A stretch of DNA of 64,000 nt from Candidatus Moraniibacteriota bacterium. GTDB taxonomy: Bacteria > Patescibacteriota > Minisyncoccia > CAIUEV01 > JAHKAQ01. The stretch covers positions 757 through 64,756 of the forward strand of contig WJJI01000014.1 of the NCBI GenBank assembly GCA_014729795.1, written 5' to 3'. Position numbers and translations under genes: made by a program. The stretch's first letter is position 1, and every line of letters starts with the position of its first letter. Shown here piece by piece: positions 9,977 through 19,114 of this stretch. The notes under the pieces are model-generated. The model ran no database searches, had not been told where the DNA came from, and worked only from the letters and a program-made list of their open reading frames with translations.

Positions 9977-10669
9977 TTAAACCAAAGCGCTAAAATCTAT
10001 ATTTTGATTGGTATTATAGCTTTTATTGGCAATTTGTTGGGGATCGGACCCGGGTTTTTTATTGGGATTGGCTGGTTGAGCGGCGTTTGGGGCGTTTGGC
10101 TGGGGTGATTGTTTCTGGCCGACTTGGTTTTTTTTGTTGGATGTTGGTTGCGCGACAACGCCTCTTATTAAAGGAGCATCAATCGACTGGCGTTGGTTGA
10201 AATCTTTAGGCAGATTGCTTTGCACCGGCCGGGTTTGTTTAACGGAAGTAAGCGGATTAGCTGGAAATCCTTGCTTTCCATTCGTGTCTAGCACCCGGGA
10301 AAGCCGCCTTACCTGATCCTCCGGAAATTGTTTTTTTACCAGCACCATCTCTTTTTTTTCTTTCTTGGGCTGATGTTTTTTAAATTGACTCTTGCCTCGT
10401 TTCCAAACATAGGTTCTGTTTTTTGTTAAATAGAGACCTAAATTGGCTAAAAAAACAATCATCGGTTGTCCATAAGGTCTGACAAAAGCAAGAATCGCCG
10501 ACAATCCAAGCACAATCACCGCGATAGCGACAAACAAAGCCATCTCTACAAATTGATAAACCACAAACAATATTCCGCAACCGCCCAATATCCAAAGAAA
10601 CTGCTTCCATGTTAGTGGCCCGACAATAGTATCCTCGATATCGACATTTTGGGGAACTTTAAAACGCAT
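9977..10669 (-). CDS. PrgI/VirB3-like small T4SS membrane protein with a Q/P/N-rich C-terminal tail
   Basis: The N-terminus MRFKVPQNVDIEDTIVGPLTWKQFLWILGG, followed by two TM helices, resembles PrgI-family proteins found upstream of VirB4 in monoderm T4SSs. The C-terminal ~100 aa are low-complexity. Confidence 0.45.
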   Translation of the reverse strand: MRFKVPQNVDIEDTIVGPLTWKQFLWILGGCGILFVVYQFVEMALFVAIAVIVLGLSAILAFVRPYGQPMIVFLANLGLYLTKNRTYVWKRGKSQFKKHQPKKEKKEMVLVKKQFPEDQVRRLSRVLDTNGKQGFPANPLTSVKQTRPVQSNLPKDFNQRQSIDAPLIRGVVAQPTSNKKNQVGQKQSPQPNAPNAAQPANPNKKPGSDPQQIANKSYNTNQNIDFSALV

Positions 10670-10830
10670 AGATTATCATTAGTTTAAATTACGAAATTCA
10701 AGGTTTTTCCTTTAAAACCCTGCCAAAAATGGAAACGTCCTTAGTCGCAAACCCTGTATCCTAATATCATAACCTTAAATTTAAACACTTAAGCTCTTAT
10801 ATTGTAACCGATAAACAAGAACTTTCAAAA

Positions 10831-12165
10831 TTATTCCCGGATGTCTTTTTCAAATATTACTTCGCCCCGGCTTTGAGATATGGTCAAAGGCGCGTTTTCA
10901 TCATAAGAAAGCACAATTTGAGCTAATTTGTTTAAATCCTCTTGGTCAATAGTTTGGACATTGGATGATTTGTGCAAAAAGTCTCGTTGATCTTCTTCGG
11001 TATGGTGAGAAACCCCGTAACGATTACGATAATCCAAAATCCAGTTTTGAATGGTTGGCGGGACTGTGCCGGGTTGGCCTAACCGGTAAAGTGGTTTTTT
11101 GGTGATAAGTTGATCAGCCACCTTGGGAATGGTTTTTAAAGCGTCCTTAATTGGCATCTTGACCAGGTCTTTTTCATTTGCTGGAGGAGCTTGCGCGACA
11201 GCGGGTTGGTTCAAGTCTTTTTTGGCTTGTTCTAAAGTCGGACTTTTTTTAACAACTGGTTTTGATTGAGCAACAGCAGATTCCGGACCGGGTTGCTGTT
11301 GTTGGGTCTGGACGCTTTGATTCTTTGAGTACCGGGGTTGAGCTGCTGGAGTTTGGGTTTGGGCAGGCGTCGGCGCTTGATCTTGTATTATACCCTGTAC
11401 CTCCTGTTGAACCGGCATTTTAAATTTCGGTTTGGCCGGAGGCTGGGGCTGAGGCACTGGTTTTGGCTGCCAAGCCGGTTTAATATCTTGAGGTTGGATT
11501 TCGGCTCTTTCCTCCTCTTGTTCTTCTGAGTCAATTTCTTGAGCAATCCTGGATAAGTTTTTAGCCAACTGCAGCGCTTCCTTAAGGGAGGGTAACTTAA
11601 GGTATTCAAATGCCAAAAAAAGTTTTTTCAAGGCTTGCTTATAGTCATCGCTTATTCCTTGAGCGTTGGGGCTGTTAGCTAAAAAACGAACAATCGCCAT
11701 TTCATCATCTTGTTTTTCCATGCCATAAGCTTCGGTGTAATGTCTTAACCAATTACCAATGGTAGCGTTTTTTTGAGCGCCATTCTTAAAAATCAATTGA
11801 TTATCAGCCAATTTTTGTTCATTTTCCAACAAAGCCCGCAATATTAATTGTAAATAGTTAAGCCAAGGAGCGCTTGGAATGCTCATGCGTAAGCGTTCCA
11901 ACAGCTTTTCCAAATCAGAGCTTTTATCCACCAAAGGCAACAAAAAATGATCGCGCAACATTTCCAGTTGCTCATTCTGGGTCAAAGTGGGTAATAAAAC
12001 CCATCTGATTTTCAGTTTAGCCTCTTCTATCCAGTCTGGATCCAAGTCTTTTAAATTTTCCGGATTTGAAAAAAACTCCTCCAGTTCCTGAGCCTCATCA
12101 AGGTTTTGACCCGACCAGGCTCGATATAACTTTAATTTTAATTGGTTAAAATCTTGTTTGTTCAT
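10831..12165 (-). CDS. Hypothetical protein with a central P/Q-rich linker (T4SS operon member)
   Basis: 444-aa ORF with an ordered N-terminal ~220 aa, a PQPQPPAKPK…QTQTPAAQP linker and an ordered C-terminal ~120 aa. No motif recognised. Confidence 0.5.
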   Translation of the reverse strand: MNKQDFNQLKLKLYRAWSGQNLDEAQELEEFFSNPENLKDLDPDWIEEAKLKIRWVLLPTLTQNEQLEMLRDHFLLPLVDKSSDLEKLLERLRMSIPSAPWLNYLQLILRALLENEQKLADNQLIFKNGAQKNATIGNWLRHYTEAYGMEKQDDEMAIVRFLANSPNAQGISDDYKQALKKLFLAFEYLKLPSLKEALQLAKNLSRIAQEIDSEEQEEERAEIQPQDIKPAWQPKPVPQPQPPAKPKFKMPVQQEVQGIIQDQAPTPAQTQTPAAQPRYSKNQSVQTQQQQPGPESAVAQSKPVVKKSPTLEQAKKDLNQPAVAQAPPANEKDLVKMPIKDALKTIPKVADQLITKKPLYRLGQPGTVPPTIQNWILDYRNRYGVSHHTEEDQRDFLHKSSNVQTIDQEDLNKLAQIVLSYDENAPLTISQSRGEVIFEKDIRE

Positions 12166-12196
12166 ATCAAATAATTGTTTATTGAAAAACTAATCA

Positions 12197-14734
12197 TCAA
12201 AATGGCCCGCTTCCGGATTTCTGCCGGCTTATTAAAACTTGATTAATGGTTTCGGTTATTTTCTTCACTTGATCCCTATCCAAATTGTTATCACTCTTCA
12301 AATCCCTGACTTTTTGCTTCATGGCGTTTGCCACCGCGTCAGAAATATTAAAAGCGCTGTTTTGAAAGCCTTGAGTATCCATTCTCTTAATAAGATGCTC
12401 AAAAACCACTCTATCATTTATATGTTGGGGTTTTAAGCTTCTGGCCAAACCTCGGTTGTTCATGCTTTGTATTTCACTTATTACAAACTCTTGTTGTTCT
12501 TTCGGCTCAGCCAAACGCAACTCTTTTGTTATAGGGTCAATTCGAGTTAACCCGGCATGATAAAAATCGTCATTGGCCATAGCCGTAGCGCTTAAATCGC
12601 TGGCAAGTCTTCTTTGCTGACGACTATCGCTAAATTCTGTTTCCAAAAATTTCTTTATGCCATCGGCGTCGTCTTTGCGGCCGAGAGCGCTTAAAAATGG
12701 CTTGATCGCGCCCATGCTCCAAGCCATACGCGTTAAGGCTTCCTTCTGATTTTCGTTGGTTGTGCCTTGATAAGCTTGAATCAATTGTTCAGGGGTGCGA
12801 ACCCCGCTTTGCTTGTATTTTTCTGTTTCGTTGGCCACCTCGACTTCTCTTGGTCGGTCGTAATTAACAGCTTCTCTAAAATGATTTTTCCAAACAGCTT
12901 TTCTGGCGTTTTTAATTGCTTCTTTGTCTTTGTTTTCATTAAGCTCGCCAGCTTCACTAAGTTTTTCCTTTAAAACTTGGTTGGCATGTTCTTTGTCAGT
13001 AATTCTAAGTTCGTTTCCTTGTTTTTGGCTTTTTTTGTCAGCAATTCTAAGTTCGTTTCCTTGTTTTTGGCTTTCGAGCTCTTGAATTTGTTTTTCAAGA
13101 GCTTCTCTGTCATTATTAGCTTTTTTTCTTGCTTTTTCATCTTCGATCTCCTTTATTTCTTTTTCCAGTTGTTCGTTTTCACCTTCGATCTCCTTTATTT
13201 CTTCCTCGTTGTTTTTTATTTCCTTATTCGCATTGTCTCTTTTTTGGTTTCTTTGGTTTTGTTCTATTTCCTCGGCTCTTTTTTTGGCGCCTCTATCAAA
13301 AAAGGCACTGGCTCCGGTAAGGGTCTTTTCAATAGCCTCCGTATCTTCTTCTCTCATCGCATGTTTGGTGCGATTTATTTTTTCCTTCACAAGCCTACCA
13401 GTATTAACGGGATCTAAAAAAGCCGAAGCTAATTTTAGGCCTCCGCCAACTTTTTGCAATCCTTTTCCCGCCAAATTTCTTACCTTTTTTTCACTTTCAG
13501 ACATTTTTTTGCCTTTATTCTCAATCACGCCTCCAAGTTTTCTCGCGGCTACTTTTGTCAGACCGGCCACTCCAAGTCCGGTCAACGCCGCTGCTCCCGC
13601 TGTTGAGAGCTTCATGGCCATGCCAGCGCCGGCTGCGCCCATAACCCCGGCCATGTAAACCGAGCCAATCAAAAGCACCATAGCGAATATTAAATAAATC
13701 CAGGTATTATAAGAATTAATATGATTTTCGGCTTTAGAAGTATGCTCTGCCCCATCAATTTGGCTGGCAATATTCGAGATGCTATCGCCTCCCTCCGAAG
13801 GAATGATGGTAAGAACCTCAGCGCTAAACCAAAGGAAAAAAAGCATCAAAGGGCCCATAAAAGCATATTTCAAAAAAGCGCTCCACCATTTACTGGCCAT
13901 GCCTTGGGTGTCGGGCAATATCATGCCCACGTAAGCCAAAGGAGAAACAACAATCAAAACCCAAATAGCCACGGTTCTAACAATTAAAAGCATGGCCACA
14001 GAACCAATTACAAAGGTGGCTAAAAACACAAACGCCACAGTTAAAACCGGGCCGATTGCTGTCGCAACAATTTCAACTAAATCGTCAGCGCTCAAAATTT
14101 TTAATATAATATCTGCCGTTGCCTTCCATTTCAAAGCCAATAAATTCCAGATCGTTTCTCTGAGTTTTGCTATGGGGTTTCCAAAAATGTTACCAAACAT
14201 GATAACATGGGTAAAATCCAAAACTATACCGGCAAACACCCGGCTAAAATTGGTTAAAAAAGCCAAGATCACCAATCGCACCAACAGCTTCTTGTAACTA
14301 TATTTTTCCACGCGAAAAATCGTACCCACTCCAATAAACAATAAAGCCACGATAAAGCCCATATCCGCGATTAAAGTCACTATGTTATGAGCCTTGATAA
14401 TGGTTTCATTGCTGGCAAAACCGCCGAGTTCCATATAAAAATCCGGATTGAAAAAGTCTTCAATCATATTAGAAGCAACAAGAAAGAAAATCCAAGCGAC
14501 AAACTGAAGCATTGTTGCTATAACTATCATAAAGCCCACCGGAAGCTTAATAAAAATAAAAGAAAAGAATTCCCAACCCGCATTGGTTAACCCTTTTAAA
14601 AGCTGATCTATCCAACCTGCTTGAGTCGGTTCTGGCGCCATCAGAAAAAAAACAACTGCAATTATTAACCCCAGCAAAGTTAAATATTTCCAATTATTTT
14701 TATTGCTTATTTTGTTTTTGATTTTTTCAATCAT
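12197..14734 (-). CDS. VirB6/TrbL-like polytopic T4SS membrane protein with a long C-terminal coiled-coil tail
   Basis: The N-terminal ~480 aa hold at least 8 TM helices. The C-terminal ~350 aa are charged coiled-coil with in-frame tandem duplications. Position and topology match VirB6-like proteins such as TcpH and PrgH. Confidence 0.4.
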   Translation of the reverse strand: MIEKIKNKISNKNNWKYLTLLGLIIAVVFFLMAPEPTQAGWIDQLLKGLTNAGWEFFSFIFIKLPVGFMIVIATMLQFVAWIFFLVASNMIEDFFNPDFYMELGGFASNETIIKAHNIVTLIADMGFIVALLFIGVGTIFRVEKYSYKKLLVRLVILAFLTNFSRVFAGIVLDFTHVIMFGNIFGNPIAKLRETIWNLLALKWKATADIILKILSADDLVEIVATAIGPVLTVAFVFLATFVIGSVAMLLIVRTVAIWVLIVVSPLAYVGMILPDTQGMASKWWSAFLKYAFMGPLMLFFLWFSAEVLTIIPSEGGDSISNIASQIDGAEHTSKAENHINSYNTWIYLIFAMVLLIGSVYMAGVMGAAGAGMAMKLSTAGAAALTGLGVAGLTKVAARKLGGVIENKGKKMSESEKKVRNLAGKGLQKVGGGLKLASAFLDPVNTGRLVKEKINRTKHAMREEDTEAIEKTLTGASAFFDRGAKKRAEEIEQNQRNQKRDNANKEIKNNEEEIKEIEGENEQLEKEIKEIEDEKARKKANNDREALEKQIQELESQKQGNELRIADKKSQKQGNELRITDKEHANQVLKEKLSEAGELNENKDKEAIKNARKAVWKNHFREAVNYDRPREVEVANETEKYKQSGVRTPEQLIQAYQGTTNENQKEALTRMAWSMGAIKPFLSALGRKDDADGIKKFLETEFSDSRQQRRLASDLSATAMANDDFYHAGLTRIDPITKELRLAEPKEQQEFVISEIQSMNNRGLARSLKPQHINDRVVFEHLIKRMDTQGFQNSAFNISDAVANAMKQKVRDLKSDNNLDRDQVKKITETINQVLISRQKSGSGPF
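12993..13202. repeat. Two pairs of in-frame 42-bp tandem duplications inside the VirB6-like gene
   Basis: The 40-nt unit ttgtcag(t/c)aattctaagttcgtttccttgtttttggcttt occurs at 12993-13032 and 13035-13074. The 20-nt unit cttcgatctcctttatttct occurs at 13141-13160 and 13183-13202. Both have a 42-bp period (14 aa). Confidence 0.8.
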
Positions 14735-14735
14735 T

Positions 14736-15236
14736 TTAATTGGCTTGTTTTAATTTGGCTCTTAAGCGTTGAATCTGGGCGGTTAATTTTTGCGACTTTT
14801 CCACAATTTCTTGAGACCGTTCAAGGTTTTTTTCAGATTGTTTTTTTGAAGAGCGCCAGGCAAGTAAAACCATAATTGTTGTAATCGGAGTAATGCCATC
14901 CAAAAAAGGAATAAAAGCCGCGATTAAATCTATTATTATGGGAAGAATTATCCTTAAAAATTTTTTCCAAAGATGCCTTCTCCAACCCATTTGCCACCAT
15001 ATCGGTATAGCAACAAACAGAAATTTTATTATCGGGGAAATACCCACATCCAAGGGGGGAGGCAAAAGGTCGGTAAATTCTGACATAACTGCGAACATCA
15101 AGGCGATTATAAAGATAGTATCGTTATACTGTTGGGCCTTGTCGAATAGTTTTTTCGCTTTTGCTTCAAGTTTCTTTTGAACCGATTGGTTACGCAATAT
15201 CAATTTCAGAATTCTTTGGTTTGTTGGGACAGCCAT
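14736..15236 (-). CDS. Small integral membrane protein (3 predicted TM helices), T4SS operon member
   Basis: 166-aa ORF with hydrophobic segments IFIIALMFAVM, ISPIIKFLFVAIPIWW and ILPIIIDLIAAFIPFL. Its stop abuts the VirB6-like start. Confidence 0.5.
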   Translation of the reverse strand: MAVPTNQRILKLILRNQSVQKKLEAKAKKLFDKAQQYNDTIFIIALMFAVMSEFTDLLPPPLDVGISPIIKFLFVAIPIWWQMGWRRHLWKKFLRIILPIIIDLIAAFIPFLDGITPITTIMVLLAWRSSKKQSEKNLERSQEIVEKSQKLTAQIQRLRAKLKQAN

Positions 15237-15261
15237 TTTTAAAATCAGCGCTTACTTTATT

Positions 15262-17292
15262 TTAAAAAATACTATTATTATCAACTTTTTGCCAGTTTCG
15301 CCCGTTTTGTGAAGTGGCTGAAAAAATTGTCCACACCGCTCCGTCAAAACCCGCGTACCACATTCGATATGGCCCTCCGGCTTCGCCGGCTAAACCGTCT
15401 TGGTCTTCAGTTACAACCATTGGGCCTACTACCTGAACATTATCCCCATCTCCTCTTTCGCCTACATCCAGTACGACCTCGCCCGGAGGAAAGGAACTCG
15501 GTGTTGGAGATTGGGTGTAAAAAATACGCCACGTTGCTCCATCATACCCACTATACCACATATGATACATTTTATAAATCGGTTGACAACGTTCAATGCA
15601 GCACTGTTCATTAAACTTTCTTTCTAAAATAACCGAAGGAGCGGATACATACACGCTGTCCTTGGCGTCTTTATTGGAGTTGGGTTCTAGCGCGATTTGA
15701 TGGCTGGAGCTGTCTGACCACCACAAAGGATCAACGCTCTTGGCGTGGTATATTCTCCAGGTCGCCCCATCAAATCCACTGTACCACATATGATACATTC
15801 GAAATGTTTCAAAACAAATCTCTACATATTGGTTGCAAATACATTGCGAATCAATATCTGCCACCATAGCCGGGCTGTCAACATGAACATGGGGCTTAGA
15901 AGCTTGATTTTCGCCACTTACGTCAATTTGCAAGCGCCCTCGACTTTTGTCCCAGGTATAAGTGTCCATGCTGGTGGCTCCAAAAATGCGCCAAGCTGCC
16001 CCCGCTTGCAGAGTATAACCGCTGTAATACATAATATAATCATTTTGAACCTCTGTCTCTCCTTGCTGCTGTCGCACTTCTCTTTGAGTAAAAACCCAGG
16101 GATTAGCTGTGTGGATAAAATCCAAGAATCCTTTCGGCGAATTGGGTACGCGGCCATTGGTGCCGACCAAACTCCGCTCGGGTACGCTGTTATCAACTTT
16201 GCTTAAATTATCGGCATTGCTTGCTTCAGCCATGTAAATCCTCCAGTTTGCGGAGTTATAACCGGGATACCAAAGCTTATACTGGTTGGAGTTTTGAGGA
16301 TATATAGCAGCCGGACCATCGGGGGAATTTACGTGTTCTCCGGCGGCCAAGCCGGTTGAGCCACCCCCTACATAGGTTTGGTCGCCTTTGCCTTTTGTTC
16401 CAAGCACGATCCTCCCGCCACCGGAACTGCTGTCGCTCCGATTGATGCCGCCATCGCCTGTTTCTTCTAAATCGCCGCCATTATCCAAGCCATCAAAAGG
16501 AGATTCGGAATAATCGGCCAAAAAATCAGAAGTATCGAGCTGATTTAAATCAACCTGATTGTCCTTATCCTGCCTGTCTGCGTCCGAATCATCAAAAACA
16601 CTGTCGGTTTCGCCTGAATCATTAGCTTGGTTTGTTTCCGGCTCGGTTTCGAGAGTGTCGGAATCACCGGATTCCCGGTTTTGTCCCAATTCCGGACTCG
16701 GCTGATTGCCGGTATCTTCAGTTTGGTTTGTTTTAAGCCCGGCAAGTTCTTCAACCGCCTGTTCTTTGATTTCCCGCGCCTGGGTCAAACAAAAGACATA
16801 TTGTTCATGATCGCCCAAGTTTTCTTCGATATAATCTTGTTGAATTAGCTGTTGATCTCCGTTTTTACGATTCTCGTAATCTTCGCACCAAGATTTTGCT
16901 TCAGGATTAAGCTCGCCCAAATATTTATTGACCACCGGAGCGCCGTTTACACAAGTAACCGTCAGTCGATCTCCTTGGGAATTACAGTACATTTCTCCCG
17001 GACTTTGACTGGAGCATTCTTGGCCATGACTCATCAAAATCCAATCGCCTTCTGGTCTCATGGCGACACAATCCGGTGTAAAATCAAGGGTTTGAGCTTG
17101 ATCTTGGTTTTCTAAACCGGTTGATTCGGCTTGAGATTTTTGCGTTAATCGGGTTTGCCGCCGCGCGGTTTCAGAAACTTGAGCCAGTCCAATTAACAAA
17201 GAACCCAAAATCACTAAAATTGAGGCTACGATAAAGAAATTTTTTCTTTTATAAATAAAATTAATCAAACGATCTGAAATATTTTGGCGCAT
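15262..17292 (-). CDS. Membrane-anchored or secreted large protein with an acidic low-complexity region and five tandem beta-propeller-like (Asp-box) repeats
   Basis: N-terminal TM/signal, then a D/E/S/N/G-rich stretch, then five repeats of about 55-70 aa sharing (Y/F)xM(W)YSG(F/Y)DGAxWRI(F/Y)xAxS followed by SxDxxxW-like Asp-boxes. Repeats 3 and 4 are nearly identical. Confidence 0.6.
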   Translation of the reverse strand: MRQNISDRLINFIYKRKNFFIVASILVILGSLLIGLAQVSETARRQTRLTQKSQAESTGLENQDQAQTLDFTPDCVAMRPEGDWILMSHGQECSSQSPGEMYCNSQGDRLTVTCVNGAPVVNKYLGELNPEAKSWCEDYENRKNGDQQLIQQDYIEENLGDHEQYVFCLTQAREIKEQAVEELAGLKTNQTEDTGNQPSPELGQNRESGDSDTLETEPETNQANDSGETDSVFDDSDADRQDKDNQVDLNQLDTSDFLADYSESPFDGLDNGGDLEETGDGGINRSDSSSGGGRIVLGTKGKGDQTYVGGGSTGLAAGEHVNSPDGPAAIYPQNSNQYKLWYPGYNSANWRIYMAEASNADNLSKVDNSVPERSLVGTNGRVPNSPKGFLDFIHTANPWVFTQREVRQQQGETEVQNDYIMYYSGYTLQAGAAWRIFGATSMDTYTWDKSRGRLQIDVSGENQASKPHVHVDSPAMVADIDSQCICNQYVEICFETFRMYHMWYSGFDGATWRIYHAKSVDPLWWSDSSSHQIALEPNSNKDAKDSVYVSAPSVILERKFNEQCCIERCQPIYKMYHMWYSGYDGATWRIFYTQSPTPSSFPPGEVVLDVGERGDGDNVQVVGPMVVTEDQDGLAGEAGGPYRMWYAGFDGAVWTIFSATSQNGRNWQKVDNNSIF

Positions 17293-17614
17293 TTTGTTTT
17301 ATTGATGTTTTGTTATTTTATTTATAGCAAATTTATATCCTAGATGTAAAGGCGTTGAGTCTGAAGCCTTTATTTTTTCTTTACTTTTATGAAAAACAAT
17401 TAAAACAACCTCTTTCCCGCTTTCTTTTAAAATTTTTATCATCTCGTCTCTCTCTGTTTCACGATTTTCATTTTCAGCATTATTTGTTTTAATTTTTAAA
17501 AAAAACAACCCAAATGAACAATTCGAAACAAGGGTTTTTAAAAATATTGCATTGTTTGTTATTTATATTATCCGGATTTTTTACTATTTTATACTTTATA
17601 AGCGCGGTAACAAT

Positions 17615-18925
17615 TCAATATCTTATAAACAATGTCAAAGATAATATTATTAACAGAAAGGCTGTTGTTAATGGAATGTATTTTAAAAAAATATATTTAG
17701 CGATATTTGCTTTTTGATTTAAATAAACAAAAATAATAAATAATGGGATTAAAGTAAATAGAATATATCTAAAATCACCAACGCAAGAATAAGGATTAAA
17801 AATTCTCATTATAATTATTGAGAATAAAAATAAACAAATAAAAATTAAAAGACTTTTAATTTTATTAATACAAATTTTTTTAGATATGAATATATACAAT
17901 AAGGTTATCATATAAATTAATAATGCCAAGAAGTTAATTATTGAAATTATGGTGTGGTTTATTTTATCTCCTGGATTAAACCACTCAATACTTATGCTTG
18001 TTTTTATTAAAAAATTCCAAAAAAGTTTTGATTGTTCATTAGTATCCAAACCATTAGCTATTGGATGTTTTATAAAATTACGGAAATCAAAAACCAAATA
18101 ATTTATCGGTTCGTTTTTAAATTTTAATTCGTGAACGTTTTCTAATTCGTGAATATTTTCAATTAATGTTGTAAATTTTTTATTATCCGGGCGTATATAG
18201 TTTGGGATATAAAATAATAAAAATATCAAGAATATAATAAAAAGCGCTTTAATATTTTTTAAAACGAAAATATGTTTTTTGTTTTTCATAATAAAAATAA
18301 CTCCGATGAAAACAAAACTGACTAACCCGCTAAGTTTTGTTATTAGCGCTAAACCGGCAAACAATGAAGCTAAATATAAATATTGATTTTTTGAAAATTT
18401 ATTCCATAAAAGGGTTAAGTGTAAAGATACAATAACGAAAAAATATAATAAAAGATCATTACCAATTCTACCTGAATGTATTATTAAAGATGGCCAAAAA
18501 GAAATTAAAGCCAAAAATAGAATTAAATATTTTTTTGAGACTATGTATTGTTTTGCAATCTTTAAAGAGAAAAAAAGAACCCCAAGCATAAATAAGAGAG
18601 ATTGACATTGCAAACTCTTTAAAGCAATATCTTTATTATTATATATTAATAAGAACATTTTATATGTGATCGCAGAAATAATATAATATAGTGGAGGATG
18701 CCAACACTCCCAACATGCTTGTTTTTGTGGTAATTTATAATATTTTGAAATATATTCAATATATTCAATATGACCCCCAACGTCATGGGTATTAATTTGA
18801 TAAGGTGTCTGATTAATATAATGAATTCTGATTAAGATTGCCGATATAAAAATTAATAAAATAATTATTTTTTCTTTATAGGTAATAATTTTTTTAAGTT
18901 TGTTTATAAGTTTTGTTCGTATCAT
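17615..18925 (-). CDS. GT-C fold membrane glycosyltransferase (PMT_2/ArnT/GT39-83-like)
   Basis: Polytopic protein of 11 or more TM helices. The first extracytoplasmic loop carries DVGGHIEYIEYI…CWHPPLYY, typical of ArnT/PMT-family lipid-linked sugar transferases. The segment is extremely AT-rich. Confidence 0.5.
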   Translation of the reverse strand: MIRTKLINKLKKIITYKEKIIILLIFISAILIRIHYINQTPYQINTHDVGGHIEYIEYISKYYKLPQKQACWECWHPPLYYIISAITYKMFLLIYNNKDIALKSLQCQSLLFMLGVLFFSLKIAKQYIVSKKYLILFLALISFWPSLIIHSGRIGNDLLLYFFVIVSLHLTLLWNKFSKNQYLYLASLFAGLALITKLSGLVSFVFIGVIFIMKNKKHIFVLKNIKALFIIFLIFLLFYIPNYIRPDNKKFTTLIENIHELENVHELKFKNEPINYLVFDFRNFIKHPIANGLDTNEQSKLFWNFLIKTSISIEWFNPGDKINHTIISIINFLALLIYMITLLYIFISKKICINKIKSLLIFICLFLFSIIIMRIFNPYSCVGDFRYILFTLIPLFIIFVYLNQKANIAKYIFLKYIPLTTAFLLIILSLTLFIRY

Positions 18926-19114
18926 TTGTTTTAATAAACTAAAGAGTATCTACTAAAAAAGATAATTCAAAATGATGTTGACAAAGACGCAACAACAATT
19001 TTTACAAAAAAGCAAAAAGTGTTCAAATTTGAGTCGGGTTGCTTGTTTGTAAAGTTTTTTCCCGGGGGTAAGTATGCTTTGTCTTTTTTAACCGGCTTCT
19101 ACCTACTTTAAAAT

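Noticed and set aside
12993-13202. Direct repeats considered as a possible mini-CRISPR array
   Set aside because: There are only two copies of each unit. They are immediately adjacent with a 42-bp period and no spacers, and they lie inside a coding region, where they form in-frame duplications. No cas genes are present.
12977-13658. Plus-strand ORFs (146, 63 and 149 aa) rich in F/L/S inside the VirB6-like gene
   Set aside because: They are antisense to a long, well-supported minus-strand gene, they are low-complexity (a poly-Phe/Leu mirror of the E/K-rich sense strand), and they have no motifs. These are spurious.
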